DNA of 64,000 bases from the NCBI GenBank assembly GCA_001661245.1, contig KV454011.1, positions 1,142,724-1,206,723 of the forward strand, written 5' to 3'. Under the pieces are notes generated by a model. The model was not told the origin of the DNA. It saw nothing but the letters and a program-made list of their open reading frames with translations, and made no database searches. Below, in pieces: positions 20,986 to 34,000 of the stretch. Origin of the DNA: Pachysolen tannophilus NRRL Y-2460 (Eukaryota). Made by a program: the position numbers and the translations under genes. Each line of letters opens with the position of its first letter. Positions within the stretch are counted from its first letter, which is position 1.

Positions 20986-23900
20986 ATGGGATCCAACAAT
21001 TTTGAGAAAGTTGATATCGACGTGTCGCTGCAGAAGAGGCATAACCGCTCTCCTTCTAACAAGGAAAATGAAGAGCTTTTACGACAAGGTTTTAAGAAGA
21101 TTAAACCTGCGGAAAATATAGCTATAGATCAGTCAGTTGGGTTTAATTCAGCTCATGCGTTGCCTGTAGCGAACCAGTCTGTGGTTTCAAATGAGAGTCT
21201 GAAAAATAGGTTGTTACCTCATTTCCATCATACTTCAGTTGATGATTACAAATCTAAAATGCATTCTCCAAGACCTTTACAAAAATTGAACAATGGCGCT
21301 AATGGTAATGGCAATGGCGGTGAGAAATCTTCTTTTGAAAAAGAGTTATTGCTTATGGCTAAGGAAAAAGAGCTTGAAGTTAGTGGTCGTATGGCGAATA
21401 AGGGAAGAAATAGAGAATATCAAAATTGGTCAAGACCACCGTTGGATCCTGATTTTGATCCTAAATTAAAAGACATTACTTTTCAGCAGTTAGATGCTGA
21501 GGAGACTACTATAAATTCTTTTTCAGCGGTTAGATTTTTTGGTGTTACTGAAGAAGGACATTCTGTGTTATGTAATGTTGTTGGGTTTTTACATTATTTT
21601 TACGTTCCATTACCAAAAGGTTTACAAAATTCTGATTTAAAAGATTTAAAAGCTTATTTAAATGAAAGATATCAAGGTGTTAGTAATATAGAAATTTCAT
21701 TTAAAGAAAGCATATGGGGTTATAATAATAATATGAAATTACCTTTTTTGAAAATAGTTGTTGATAATGCTAAATATGTTCCTAAATTGAGAAGTGCTTT
21801 TGAAAGAGGTGAAGTCCAATTTAAAGATTTGTTTCCCATTTCGGGACAAATGTCATTTGATAATATACAGTATTTGTTAAGAATGATGGTTGATTGTAAG
21901 ATCACAGGTATGTCTTGGATCACTCTTCCAAAGGATAAATATAAATTAGTGACGGATGAACTGTCCAAGATTTCAACATGTCAATTTGAAGCTTCAATAA
22001 ATTATCAGGATTTGGTATGTCATCCTTCAGATGGCGAATATTCTAAGATAGCTCCTTTAAGAGTTTTATCGTTTGATATTGAATGTACCGGAAGAAAAGG
22101 TATTTTTCCAGAACCTGAGCATGATGCCGTTATTCAAATAGCTAATGTTGTTAATACAACAGGTGATTCAACACCATTTGTTAGAAATGTATTCACTGTA
22201 AATACTTGTTCTCCAATTATTGGATCTCAAATTTATTCTTATATGACGGAAGAAGAAATGTTAATGAAATGGAGAGAATTCATAGTTAAAGTCGATCCAG
22301 ATGTCATTATTGGTTACAATATCTTGAATTTTGATTTACCTTATTTGATTAATAGAGCTGCAACTTTAAAACAACAGAGATTCCCATATTTTTCAAGGTT
22401 GAAAGCAGTAAAACAAGAAATTAAAGACACTTTTTTCCAATCTAGAGCATATGGTATGAGGGAAAATAAAACAATTAACATTGAAGGTAGAATGCAATTT
22501 GATCTTTTACAATTTATTCAAAGAGAATATAAATTAAGATCTTATACTTTGAATTCCGTATCCTCACATTTTTTAAACGAGCAAAAAGAAGATGTTCATC
22601 ATTCCATCATTGCAGATTTACAAAATGGTGATGCAGAAACAAGAAGAAGATTAGCAGTTTATTGTTTGAAAGATGCTTATTTACCTTTAAGATTGATAGA
22701 GAAATTAATGTGCTTGGTTAATTATACCGAAATGGCAAGAGTTACTGGTGTACCCTTTTCCTTCTTGTTAAATAGAGGTCAACAAATCAAAGTTATTTCT
22801 CAATTATTTAGAAAATGTCTTGATTTAGATATAGTTATACCCAATATGAAAAATGAAGGTGTTAATGAAGAATATGAAGGTGCCACCGTTATTGAGCCTA
22901 TTAGAGGATATTATGATGTTCCAATTGCAACATTGGATTTTGCATCTTTGTATCCATCTATTATGATGGCTCATAATTTGTGTTATACAACATTGTTAAA
23001 TAAACAAACCATTGATAGATTAGGTTTAGTGAAAGATAAAGATTACACCTTAACACCAAATAATGATTATTTTGTTAAACTGCATTTGAAAAAAGGGATA
23101 TTACCTACAATTTTACAAGAATTATTACTGGCTAGAAAGAGGGCAAAACAGGATTTGAAAATAGAAACTGATCCTTTCAAAAAGCAAGTTTTAAATGGTA
23201 GACAATTGGCTTTGAAAATTTCAGCAAATTCCGTTTATGGTTTTACAGGTGCCACTATCGGTAAGCTACCCTGTTTAGCCATCTCATCTTCTGTTACTGC
23301 ATTTGGTAGAGAAATGATCGAACAGACAAAACAAGCTGTTGAAGAAAAATATACCAAACTGAATGGTTATGAACAAGATGCGGTAGTCATATATGGTGAT
23401 ACCGATTCTGTTATGGTCAAGTTTGGTCTTACCGATTTAGCCCATTGTATGGATCTAGGTAAAGAGGCAGCTGAATACGTTTCTCATAAATTCAAAGATC
23501 CAATCAAATTGGAATTTGAAAAAGTTTATTATCCTTATTTATTAATCAACAAAAAAAGATATGCTGGTTTGTTTTGGACAAATACTAAATCACCGGATAA
23601 GATGGACACTAAAGGTATTGAAACCGTTAGAAGAGACAACTGTAGATTGGTACAACTTGTAATTACCAAAGTGTTGGAATTAATATTATACGAAAGAGAT
23701 GTTGTAGGAGCACAAGAATTTGTTAAAAAGATGATTGCAGATTTACTACAAAACAGGGTCGATTTATCTCAATTAGTTATTACTAAAAAATTATCAAGAC
23801 AAGATTATACAGCTAAACAAGCACATGTCGAATTGGCTGAAAGAATGAGAAAAAGAGATGCCGGTTCTGCTCCAACCCTTGGTGATCGTGTACCTTTTGT

Positions 23901-24468
23901 CATTATTAAGAATTCTGGTGGTAAGAATTATGAAAAATCCGAAGATCCATTGTACGTTTTAGAGCATTCTTTACCAATAGATACGAAATATTACCTAGAT
24001 AACCAATTGTCGAACCCAATAATGAGAATTTTCGAGCCAATATTGGGAGAATCCAAGGCTAAAGAGTTATTAACGGGAGAACACACGAGAACTAGAACTA
24101 TGGGTTCATCTGCGGGACTGTCTTTGGCCAATGGTGCATTGGGGGGTTTACTAAAATTTGCTAAAAAGAGAGAAGTTTGTAAAAATTGCAAATCTCCCCT
24201 AGATCCAAAAACTAGTAATGGTGTTCTTTGTACCAATTGTATATCCAATGCTCCTAGACTTTATGCCGATGAGTTGGCCAAACTAAACATGTTGGAAGTG
24301 AAATTTTCCAAGTTATGGACTGAATGTCAACGTTGTCAGGGATCATTACATCAAGAAGTTTTATGTTCTAATAATGACTGTCCTATTTTTTACATGAGAA
24401 CAAAAGCACAGAAGGATGTGACCCAACAATCGCAAGAATTAGCCAAATGGGATGAAACGCTGTGGTAG
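20986..24468 (+). CDS. POL3: DNA polymerase delta catalytic subunit
   Basis: Exo [33 protein letters not shown], and C-terminal CysA (CKNC...CTNC) and CysB (CQRC...[10 protein letters not shown]). Confidence 0.98.
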   Translation: MGSNNFEKVDIDVSLQKRHNRSPSNKENEELLRQGFKKIKPAENIAIDQSVGFNSAHALPVANQSVVSNESLKNRLLPHFHHTSVDDYKSKMHSPRPLQKLNNGANGNGNGGEKSSFEKELLLMAKEKELEVSGRMANKGRNREYQNWSRPPLDPDFDPKLKDITFQQLDAEETTINSFSAVRFFGVTEEGHSVLCNVVGFLHYFYVPLPKGLQNSDLKDLKAYLNERYQGVSNIEISFKESIWGYNNNMKLPFLKIVVDNAKYVPKLRSAFERGEVQFKDLFPISGQMSFDNIQYLLRMMVDCKITGMSWITLPKDKYKLVTDELSKISTCQFEASINYQDLVCHPSDGEYSKIAPLRVLSFDIECTGRKGIFPEPEHDAVIQIANVVNTTGDSTPFVRNVFTVNTCSPIIGSQIYSYMTEEEMLMKWREFIVKVDPDVIIGYNILNFDLPYLINRAATLKQQRFPYFSRLKAVKQEIKDTFFQSRAYGMRENKTINIEGRMQFDLLQFIQREYKLRSYTLNSVSSHFLNEQKEDVHHSIIADLQNGDAETRRRLAVYCLKDAYLPLRLIEKLMCLVNYTEMARVTGVPFSFLLNRGQQIKVISQLFRKCLDLDIVIPNMKNEGVNEEYEGATVIEPIRGYYDVPIATLDFASLYPSIMMAHNLCYTTLLNKQTIDRLGLVKDKDYTLTPNNDYFVKLHLKKGILPTILQELLLARKRAKQDLKIETDPFKKQVLNGRQLALKISANSVYGFTGATIGKLPCLAISSSVTAFGREMIEQTKQAVEEKYTKLNGYEQDAVVIYGDTDSVMVKFGLTDLAHCMDLGKEAAEYVSHKFKDPIKLEFEKVYYPYLLINKKRYAGLFWTNTKSPDKMDTKGIETVRRDNCRLVQLVITKVLELILYERDVVGAQEFVKKMIADLLQNRVDLSQLVITKKLSRQDYTAKQAHVELAERMRKRDAGSAPTLGDRVPFVIIKNSGGKNYEKSEDPLYVLEHSLPIDTKYYLDNQLSNPIMRIFEPILGESKAKELLTGEHTRTRTMGSSAGLSLANGALGGLLKFAKKREVCKNCKSPLDPKTSNGVLCTNCISNAPRLYADELAKLNMLEVKFSKLWTECQRCQGSLHQEVLCSNNDCPIFYMRTKAQKDVTQQSQELAKWDETLW

Positions 24469-24649
24469 GTAGTTTTTCAATTATTTATTTTCTTTTTTAA
24501 AATATAAACTGAACTGTAAAAAAATATCTGATTCAAAATTCAGTAGAATTTATAAGTAATTCATATATTTAGAAACGATTTAGCTATGAAAAATAAACCT
24601 ACAGACATTTTATATATATATATATATATAATTTATTAAATTTTAGAAA

Positions 24650-25726
24650 TTAAAGCAACCCTAAATCCTGCAATCTTGTACAACTTGGTAATTCAATGGC
24701 CTCAGCTTTTTTCAATTTTTCCTTATTAACAAATAAAATACCATAACTATCTTCAATTGCTCTATTTTTATAATTTTCTTCTCTATTGCATTTAACTTTT
24801 AAATCATTGATGTATACATTTTCAATTTTCTTATCCAATAGACTTAATTTTGCATTATTTTTATTATTTTCTTTTTTATTTTTATCTTCATACCCTCCAT
24901 AATCGGTGAATGTCTTTTCATTTATATAGTAAGGGATATGGAATCTTGATGTAACCCGCTCTACAGGTAACGATGGCTGGGGCTCAAATGAAAACTTTGG
25001 TAATGTACTCTTTGAATGAAGATCATCGTTACCAGCAAGCAAGTTTGAAATGAGAGGTATCAACAAGAATAGTATGAGCGGGAAGAATTGTCTAAAATTC
25101 TCCTTTAACAGTTGCAATGGAGTTTGGGGTTCCGTACGCTGACGCTGTTGCTGCTGCTGCTGCTGTTGACGCTCTCTCTGTCTTTGCCGCTGCTGCTGCA
25201 GATAAGAATTATAACCAGCAGGCCCACCGAAATGGAATGTAAACCCATTTCCATTTCCAAATGCAAAAGAGTTACCACCACCATTAAATAAGAAATTTAA
25301 CAAATCATCTTCCATGCCAAAAGGTGAAGCTCCTCCCATAGATGCTCCAGAACCAAATGGATTTCTTTGAAATGGAAATTGTGTTCCTCCTGATGCAAAA
25401 GGAGAATCTGCAAATCCACTACTAGAACCAGTACCCATTCCTCTTGAATCTGGATCAGATCCTGTTTGATCAAATATTCTCTTTTTATCAGGATCATTCA
25501 ATACTTCAAATGCTTTCGCTAATTTTTTAAAAGCTTCAGATGATTTTGGATGATTATTCTTATCAGGATGAAGTTTTATCAGTAATTTTCTATATGATTT
25601 TTTAATTTCAGAATCTGTCGCTGTCTTTTGAATGTCCAATATCTTATAATAATCAGTTTTATCAATCGATAACAACTTCAATACTATTGTCTCTTGTTCT
25701 TTTGTATATGACTTCTCTGATGACAT
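24650..25726 (-). CDS. HLJ1: ER-membrane J-domain co-chaperone (Hlj1/DNAJB12 type)
   Basis: J domain with HPD, G/F-rich region, one TM segment and a lumenal C-terminal domain (CNRE...LPSCTRL). Confidence 0.85.
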   Translation of the reverse strand: MSSEKSYTKEQETIVLKLLSIDKTDYYKILDIQKTATDSEIKKSYRKLLIKLHPDKNNHPKSSEAFKKLAKAFEVLNDPDKKRIFDQTGSDPDSRGMGTGSSSGFADSPFASGGTQFPFQRNPFGSGASMGGASPFGMEDDLLNFLFNGGGNSFAFGNGNGFTFHFGGPAGYNSYLQQQRQRQRERQQQQQQQQRQRTEPQTPLQLLKENFRQFFPLILFLLIPLISNLLAGNDDLHSKSTLPKFSFEPQPSLPVERVTSRFHIPYYINEKTFTDYGGYEDKNKKENNKNNAKLSLLDKKIENVYINDLKVKCNREENYKNRAIEDSYGILFVNKEKLKKAEAIELPSCTRLQDLGLL

Positions 25727-26233
25727 CTTTTCCTTTCTATTTGCTTTGAAAAAAAAAACAAAAAATAATAAATAAAAAAATTGGATTTTGCTATGAATTA
25801 ATTAATTATTTAGTCTTGCCTAGTTGAAATAAAAAGAATAAAATGCCAGGTAAATAAAATAATTTTTTGAAAAAAGGAAATGAATCGCAAACAACTAAAA
25901 AACAAAAAATTAAAAAAATGAAGAGCACAACAAAGAGAAGATAAGATATTTCATATATAAATATATATATATTTATATGTCTATGGGTAATAAATCTTTC
26001 TTCAATCTGTTTAATGATATCAGATTAGATAGATATAGATACAGAAATTGTTGGTCGTTTTCTGATTTTTTTTATTTTTATTTTTTTTTCATAGTGTTTT
26101 GATGGCGAAAAAAAAAAGAAAAAAAAAAATTCAATTTTTCAAACTACAACGACGACAACTACAACGAAAATGGATTAAATTGTTATCTACAATTAGTTGA
26201 AATAAATAATTCCATTTGAATGGAGGTTTGACT

Positions 26234-27694
26234 TTACACGATATCACCATCTTTGTATGTTTTACCCTTGACGAATTCCAAGTCTTCGCCTTTATAACTG
26301 GTAAGACTTGAAACTTCTACCAATGAATTTTCATTATCTAATTTCCCGCCATTTTGTAAGATCCATTTAGTACCTAATTTTAAACTATCAAGTCTAGCAG
26401 ATTGAGGACTATCTATTGGAATTTCAGGTCCATTTTTTAAAGGTGAGAATTCTTCATGTCTATCAACTTCGAGACAACCAAATTTCGATAATGGTATTGA
26501 GGGGAAAACATCAAATATAAATTGTTCCAATTTAATAGCGTTTGGTTCAATTGGAGTAATTTTTGTATTTGGGTTTTGTGGATTTAAGACTGATACTTTT
26601 TTTTTAGCAATATGAAATGGTAAAAATTCTTGAGATTTTATCCATTTTGGAATTTCTTTTTTCAAAAGATCAACACTATAATAATGATTAACAATATTTG
26701 CAGCTTTTAAATATAAATTTCCATTTTCATCTTGTTTTTCTGATAATTCTTTTGAAATTTCTGAATATTCAATAACACATGGACAATTTCTATCTGTATC
26801 TAATACAATTAAACCAACTTTTTCTGATGCATTTCTTTTTCTAACAACTTTTGTAGATAAATCATATTTATTTCTTGCAGACCATCCAATAAATGTAGGA
26901 TCAGCAACTCTTGCAAGACAATTATCAACACAATACATATGAATATGTTTAATATTTTTTTGGTCAAAATCTTCAAGTAATTTTGAAGAATAAATACCTT
27001 TATATAACCCACCATTACCATCAGGACTTTCACAAATTGAATTTTTTGAATTGAGTAAAATTTTAGATCCATCAATTGAAAAACAAGGAAATGTTCCTTG
27101 ATTGAAAAAAATAATATGATTTTTATTTAATCCAAAATAATTATTATCAATAAAATAATTTTCTGTAATTTTCCTTGTAGCAATCGAAGTCATAATATAC
27201 CAAGTTACTCTTGCATTGTTATTATGGAAAGTTTCATTTGACAATTTAACAACTCTCATGATTTTTTCGGCTTGAATTTGAAATAAAGATTTATGTGAAG
27301 GTAAACCAATATCATAACAACCTTTTGGAGCACACGATCCTAACCTTGAACCTTGACCACCAGCCATCAAGATAACACCAACCTCACCTCTATTAATAAG
27401 CTCTAAACCTTCGCGCTCCCACTGAGCAACATTCTCTGCTGGCTCTTCTAATAACGACGAATGACTTTGAACAGGTAATGGCTTGAAATTCCTCAGCATA
27501 GAACAATTTGATTTACTAAAATTGATAGCCTTTTGTACCGTTGAAACCAATTCCAAAGGATCTTCAAACTGTGAAAGCTGACTCAAAAACTCAGACTGTT
27601 CCTCAAGTGACAATTCATCCCAATAAGCAAACAAATGCTCTTGATTTGCATCAATATATTGCTGTTTTATATCGGCGGTTAACGAAGAAGGCAT
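26234..27694 (-). CDS. QRI1: UDP-N-acetylglucosamine pyrophosphorylase
   Basis: LMAGGQGSRLG..PKG, SPDGNGGLY, YCVDN, IKLEQFIFDVF, EFSPLKN. Confidence 0.96.
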   Translation of the reverse strand: MPSSLTADIKQQYIDANQEHLFAYWDELSLEEQSEFLSQLSQFEDPLELVSTVQKAINFSKSNCSMLRNFKPLPVQSHSSLLEEPAENVAQWEREGLELINRGEVGVILMAGGQGSRLGSCAPKGCYDIGLPSHKSLFQIQAEKIMRVVKLSNETFHNNNARVTWYIMTSIATRKITENYFIDNNYFGLNKNHIIFFNQGTFPCFSIDGSKILLNSKNSICESPDGNGGLYKGIYSSKLLEDFDQKNIKHIHMYCVDNCLARVADPTFIGWSARNKYDLSTKVVRKRNASEKVGLIVLDTDRNCPCVIEYSEISKELSEKQDENGNLYLKAANIVNHYYSVDLLKKEIPKWIKSQEFLPFHIAKKKVSVLNPQNPNTKITPIEPNAIKLEQFIFDVFPSIPLSKFGCLEVDRHEEFSPLKNGPEIPIDSPQSARLDSLKLGTKWILQNGGKLDNENSLVEVSSLTSYKGEDLEFVKGKTYKDGDIV

Positions 27695-28380
27695 ATTCTT
27701 TTTTTTTTTAACTCCAAAAAGTTTCTTAATGCAACTCTACCTTAGTATTCCTATTTACACCCAGAGACCTAGCTCCAGTTCAATTAATAATAAAATCAAT
27801 AATATATAATATGATATACACCCCTTTTGTCAATTAATAAAACAATTATATATTTTAAATAAATTATTACTTTTTACGTGTTGTTGTTGTTGTTTTTTTG
27901 TTTTGTGATTTTTTAAGATTTTTTGTGATGGTCGTCAACTTCCTAAAATGACCCTTTGATATTTGGAAGACGACTACGATTTATCTAAAACACTTACCAA
28001 TCAGATAGATTGATTGAGAGATGGATAGATGAATACCTAAGTAGTAAGAGACAGATGATGAGACCGAAGAAGAAAACTGTTATTAGGGTCAAGAGTGTGG
28101 CTAGGTATTTTATGGCAAAGTTTGTTAGAAAGAGAACGGGGAGGAAGAGAGAAGTAAAGAATCGAGTTATTAAAAGAAATACTAATATATCGAACCCATT
28201 CAACTTTAAGATAGTTAGTTCTGGAACATTGAATGAGAAACTGAATTTGGGAATGGATTAGAAAATAGTGATAGAGTCAGGTACTAATAGTGTAAAAGAC
28301 GGGTGGTTTAAAATTCACAGCAAACTTTTTATTATTATTTTTTTTTTTTTTTTTTTGTTTTCATATAAAGTGAAATAAAT

Positions 28381-29889
28381 TTATAATAAAAATCCAGTAT
28401 TGACATGAATAGCTTTTGCCTGTGTATAAGTGTTCAAACCGTAATCACCCAATTCTCTTCCATGGCCACTCATCTTTACACCACCAAATGGAACGTGGAA
28501 ATCTGAATCATTAGAAGAATTAATCCAAACCATTCCTGCTTCAATTGCATCTGCAACTTTAAACAGTTTTGAATTATCCTTAGTGAAAACTGCAGCTCCA
28601 AGTCCATATTCTGTATCATTTGCTAATTTGATAGCTTCTTCTTGAGTTTTAAATTTACCACAAACAACAACTGGACCAAAAATTTCTTCTCTAACAATTC
28701 TCATTTTATTATTAACATCACTAAAAATTGTTGGTTCAACAAACCAACCTTGAGAATATTTATCTTCTAAAGGTTTTGATCCACCTAATAATAATTTTGC
28801 ACCTTCTTTTTTACCTATTTCAATATATTCCAAAATTTTATCTCTTTGTAATTTTGAAACTTGTGGACCAACAACAACATCTTTATGTTCAAATGGTAAA
28901 CCTTGTTTATATTCTTGTTTAACATGAATTACATATTTATTTAAAAATTCTTGATAAATTTCTTCTTCAATATAAATTCTTGAAGTTGAAGTACAAATTT
29001 GACCCATATTTGAAAAAATTCCAATTGCTGCCCATTTAACAGCTTGATCTAAATCACAATCTTTGAAAACTAATAAAGGAGATTTACCACCACATTCTAA
29101 AGTAACAGCTTTTAAAGTATCTGATGCTAATTTTTGAATAATTCGACCTGTATGAGTACTACCTGTAAATGCAATTTTTCTAACATCTTGATGAGTTGCT
29201 AAAGCAGAACCAGCAATTGGACCAAATCCACTAATAAAATTAACAACACCTGGAGGGAAACCAGCTTCTAATATTAATTTACCAAAATATAAAATACTTA
29301 ATGGAGTATTTTCAGCACTTTTTAATACTAAAGTATTACCTGCAGCCAAAGCAGGTGCAATTTTCCAAATTGCCATTCCTAATGGATAATTCCATGGTAC
29401 AATTTGCCCCACAACACCAAAAGGTTCATGTTTAGTCAAACACCATTTATCCTTATTTATTGGAATATATTCACCATGACTTTTATCTGCCCATCCAGCA
29501 TAATATTTTAATACACCAATACATTCATCAATATCGAAAACAGCATTAGTTTCTAATGGTTTACCACTATCAAAGGCCTCAATTTGAGCAAGAATATCCT
29601 TATTGGCCTTTGTTAACTCATACAACTTATATAACAAATCACCTCTTTCAGATGGACTAATTGAATCTTTCCAAACATCATAAAAAGCCAGTTTCAGCGC
29701 TTGTACTGCCTTATCAACATCTAACTCCTCAGCACATTCAACAGAACATATAACTTGTCCAGTAGCAGGATCAATTGAATCAATCAAATTACCCTTTGAG
29801 CCGCAGACATATTCATTATTGATAAATAGTCCCGTTGGTTGTAAGTATTTAGTACCATTTGGTAAAGTAATTTCAACTTCTTTAGACAT
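28381..29889 (-). CDS. Cytosolic NAD(P)+ aldehyde dehydrogenase (Ald2/Ald3-like)
   Basis: PWNYP, FTGST, LECGGKSP, NMGQICTS, EEIFGPV, PFGGVKMSGHGRELG; no presequence. Confidence 0.93.
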   Translation of the reverse strand: MSKEVEITLPNGTKYLQPTGLFINNEYVCGSKGNLIDSIDPATGQVICSVECAEELDVDKAVQALKLAFYDVWKDSISPSERGDLLYKLYELTKANKDILAQIEAFDSGKPLETNAVFDIDECIGVLKYYAGWADKSHGEYIPINKDKWCLTKHEPFGVVGQIVPWNYPLGMAIWKIAPALAAGNTLVLKSAENTPLSILYFGKLILEAGFPPGVVNFISGFGPIAGSALATHQDVRKIAFTGSTHTGRIIQKLASDTLKAVTLECGGKSPLLVFKDCDLDQAVKWAAIGIFSNMGQICTSTSRIYIEEEIYQEFLNKYVIHVKQEYKQGLPFEHKDVVVGPQVSKLQRDKILEYIEIGKKEGAKLLLGGSKPLEDKYSQGWFVEPTIFSDVNNKMRIVREEIFGPVVVCGKFKTQEEAIKLANDTEYGLGAAVFTKDNSKLFKVADAIEAGMVWINSSNDSDFHVPFGGVKMSGHGRELGDYGLNTYTQAKAIHVNTGFLL

Positions 29890-30585
29890 TATCTATCTCT
29901 CTTTTTTTTTATTGTTTTATACTTAGTATAAGTAAGTAAGATCTTATATTGAAAAAAAAAAAGCAAAAATAAAAATAAAAAAAAAAAAAAAAAAAAAAAA
30001 AAATTACTATCGGCTTAATTAAATATCTTTTCAAAGATCAAATACAAAATAATTAACTATCAAGGGTTTAAAATTTAACAATTTTTAGAGAGATTTCTTG
30101 ATTTATTAAGATAAAGTGCATTCGCTGCAGTAAATTCAGTTTCTTGTCTTGTCTTGTCTTGTATGTATTTGTCTTGTACTTGCCTTTTTAGGAAAGATTA
30201 TTATTATTGTTTTTTTTTTCTCGAATAAAAATTCCGCCCTATTGTCTGATAAGCAAAAAGTCTGCTTGGCATTTCCGAACTGAGGCCTCCGCAAGATTTT
30301 TTTCCACCTTGGAATTCCCCCTCAATTTAGCCGCCGATATAATATTAATAAATAATTATATAAACCATTTCTGTTGGATTTATTTAGATTTTAAAAAAAA
30401 TTCCTTTACTTTATAGATGAGTTGATTTACCTATGATTTATCCATCTATTGATCCATCTATCATCTATCGATTATATATTTCAATTTTTGAAACAATGCG
30501 TTGTTTCCCCTTACATGAGAGCTGAGCTTTTTCTTTTTTTTTTTTTGTTCTAATGTAGAGTTGGGATATTTAAACCAATAAATAA

Positions 30586-30599
30586 TGCCCAATTAGGCA
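30586..30599. promoter_or_regulatory. Mcm1/MADS-like palindrome in the divergent ALD-NIK1 promoter
   Basis: TGCC-CAATTA-GGCA fits the CC-N6-GG pattern. Confidence 0.35.
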
Positions 30600-30728
30600 A
30601 TCACAATAGTGTATAACCTCTTTTTCGTTGGGATTTTTCTGTCTTTTTAAAACTTTTAATTTAAAAGATAATTTGATTGATTTTGCTGAGGAAAAATTGA
30701 TTTTTTTTTTCTTTTCTTTCGTCGCGCT

Positions 30729-30731
<3 letters not shown>

Positions 30732-30760
<29 letters not shown>
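30732..30760. repeat. (TA)n microsatellite
   Basis: Perfect TA dinucleotide run in the NIK1 promoter; similar runs occur in many intergenic regions. Confidence 0.9.
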
Positions 30761-30762
<2 letters not shown>

Positions 30763-31068
30763 TAAATAATATATATGTGTTTTAAAAATAAACAAGCAGG
30801 GGTATTAAAATAGTTATTATATAGATATTTATATATATAAATATTTGATTTGATTACTGAATTATTTATTTATTATTAGATTTTTTTTCTTTTCATTAGT
30901 TAGTTAGTTAGATTGTTGTTAGATCGATTGAATTATTGAAAAGAAAAGGAATTTTTATTATTATTATTAGACAAAGCATAGAGGAGAAATTTTTTTTTTT
31001 TTATTTTTTTTTTTTTAACTAGACAATATCATATTATTAATAATAGACAAGGAAGGAGTTTTGAAATT

Positions 31069-34000
31069 ATGTCGACTCCAGATTTGATAAATATCTTGAA
31101 AGACCCTGTGTTGTTTAATGAACATCATGAGTCGATAAGAACAAGTTTATTAGATTTGATGGATACGAAAGATGTTGAGATCAAAAAATTAAATGATAAT
31201 TTAATAACTGCTAAAAATGCAAATAAAGCATTTCAACAAGCATTATCTGAAATAGGTACGGTGGTTATATCTGTCGCTATGGGTGATTTATCTAAAAAAG
31301 TTCAAATACACCCTGTAGAGAGTGATCCAGAAATTTTAAAAGTTAAAATAACTATTAATACAATGATGGATCAATTACAAACTTTTGCTAATGAAGTTAC
31401 TAAAGTCGCTACTGAAGTTGCCCATGGAGAATTAGGAGGTCAAGCAAAGAATGAAGGGACCGTTGGTATATGGCGCTCATTAACCAATAATGTTAATATC
31501 ATGGCTTTGAATTTAACGAATCAAGTTAGAGAAATTGCTGATGTTACAAGGGCGGTAGCGTATGGTGATTTATCAAGAAAGATTAATGTACATGCTCAAG
31601 GTGAAATTTTAGAATTACAGAAAACAATAAATACTATGGTTGACCAATTAAGAACTTTTGCATTTGAAGTCACCAGAGTTTCTAGAGAAGTAGGTGTCTT
31701 GGGTTTATTGGGCGGTCAAGCAAGAATTAATAACGTGGAAGGTATATGGAAAGAATTGACTGATAACGTTAATGCTATGGCTGCAAATTTAACTAATCAG
31801 GTCCGTAATATAGCTAATGTTACTACTGCTGTAGCTCAAGGGGATTTGTCTAAAAAAGTTACTGCTGATTGTAAAGGTGAAATATTAGATTTAAAATTAA
31901 CTATAAATCAAATGGTGGATAGATTACAAACTTTTGCAGAAGAAGTTACTAGAGTTGCTAGAGAAACTGGTGTCTTTGGACGATTAGGTGGAGAAGCAAA
32001 TGTTCAGGATGTCGATGGTGCTTGGAAGGAAGTTACTGAAAATGTTAATATCATGGCTGCTAATTTAACTAATCAAGTACGTTCTATAGCAACAGTCACC
32101 ACTGCAGTTGCACATGGTGATTTATCTCAAAAAATTAATGTGGATGCTCAAGGTGAAATTTTACAATTAAAAGATACAATAAATAAGATGGTGGATTCTT
32201 TACAAGTTTTCGCCGAAGAAGTTACAAAAGTTGCAAGAGAAACTGGTGTTGAAGGTAAATTAGGTGTTCAGGCCAATGTAAAAGATGTTGATGGTGCATG
32301 GAAAGCAGTCACTGAAAATGTAAATACAATGGCTACAAATTTAACCAGTCAAGTTAGAGCTTTTGCTCAGATCACAGCTGCCGCAACAGATGGTGATTTC
32401 ACTAGATTTATTACAGTTGAAGCCAGTGGTGAAATGGATGCATTGAAGACAAAAATTAATCAAATGGTTTTGAATTTAAGAGAATCTATTCAAAGAAATA
32501 CTGCTGCAAGAGAAGCTGCAGAATTAGCAAATAGTGCTAAATCTGAATTTTTAGCCAATATGTCTCATGAAATTAGAACACCAATGAATGGTATTATTGG
32601 TATGACTCAATTAACTTTAGATACTGAATTAACACAATATCAACGTGAAATGTTAAGTATTGTCCATAATTTAGCAAATAGTTTATTGACTATTATTGAT
32701 GATATCTTGGATATTTCTAAGATTGAAGCAAATAGAATGACAGTAGAACAAATTGATTTTAGTTTAAGAGGTACTGTCTTTGGTGCATTGAAAACTTTAG
32801 CAGTCAAAGCAATTGAGAAACAGTTGGATTTAATTTATGAAGCAGATAATTCTTTCCCAGATAATTTGGTTGGTGATTCATTTAGATTAAGACAAGTTAT
32901 ATTGAATTTAGCAGGTAATGCTATTAAATTTACAACTCATGGTAAAGTCACAGTAAGTGTTAAAAAATCAGCTAAAGTTCATAATAATTCTGAAAAATTA
33001 TTATTAGAATTTTGTGTTAGTGATACCGGTATTGGTATTGAAAAGGATAAATTAGGTTTAATTTTTGATACTTTTTGTCAAGCAGATGGTTCTACCACTA
33101 GAAAATTTGGTGGTACTGGTTTAGGTTTATCTATTTCTAAACAATTAATTCAATTGATGGGTGGTGAGATTTGGGTTGTTTCCAACTATGGTAGAGGTTC
33201 CGATTTCTATTTTACAATCTTGGTTGCTCAAGCAAATATTGAGTTAGCAAGACAACTTGAAACTCTACTACCTTTTAAAGATCATTTTGTTTTGTTTATT
33301 AGTACAGAGCATGATGATTTAAGAGCTCGTGAAATCAAGACAAATATTGAAAATTTAAAATTAAAACCAGTCATTGCTAGAACTATAGAAGAAGCAAATT
33401 TCCAAGAACCTGTTAAATTTGACATTATAATAGTCGATTCCATAGATATTGCAAAACAATTAAGAACATTACCAGAAATCAAATACATTCCTTTAGTATT
33501 ATTGCATCCTTCAATTCCTGCATTAAATATGAGATTATGCTTAGATTTAGGTATAACTTCTTATGGTAATACCCCTTGTTCAATAACGGATTTAGCTTCA
33601 ATTTTGAAACCAGCTTTAGAATCAAGGGCTGCACCTCCAAATTCAGATGGTTCTATATCTTATAATATTTTGTTGGCAGAGGATAATTTGGTTAATCAAA
33701 AATTGGCTGTAAGAATATTAGAAAAACATGGTCATAAAGTTGAAGTTGTTGAAAATGGATTAGATGCATTTGAAGCTGTTAAGAGTAAGAAATATGATGT
33801 TGTCTTGATGGATGTTCAAATGCCAATTATGGGAGGCTTTGAAGCCACTGGAAAGATTAGAGAATGGGAGAAAAAATCCAATCCTGTTGATTCTTTATCT
33901 TTTAGAACTCCAATTATTGCCTTAACAGCTCATGCTATGTTGGGTGATAGAGAAAGATGTATGAAAGCTCAAATGGATGAATATCTTTCAAAACCTTTGA

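Noticed and set aside
27725..27997. Minus-strand GTAAGT at 27997 as the donor of a QRI1 5'-UTR intron
   Set aside because: The best branch candidate is TACTAAG and there is no convincing acceptor at the spacing seen in the other introns.
23128..29697. CUG-Ser (Candida-type) code as the explanation for the odd CTG sites
   Set aside because: Ser fits the POL3 site, but Ala fits better overall (ALDH AAxAAF twice, HLJ1 RKLAIK, VAS1 EANK); not formally excluded without alignment statistics.
14906..29889. Metabolic gene cluster (TF, GGT, ALDH)
   Set aside because: The genes are interspersed with core genes (POL3, HLJ1, QRI1), with no backbone enzyme or shared promoter motif.
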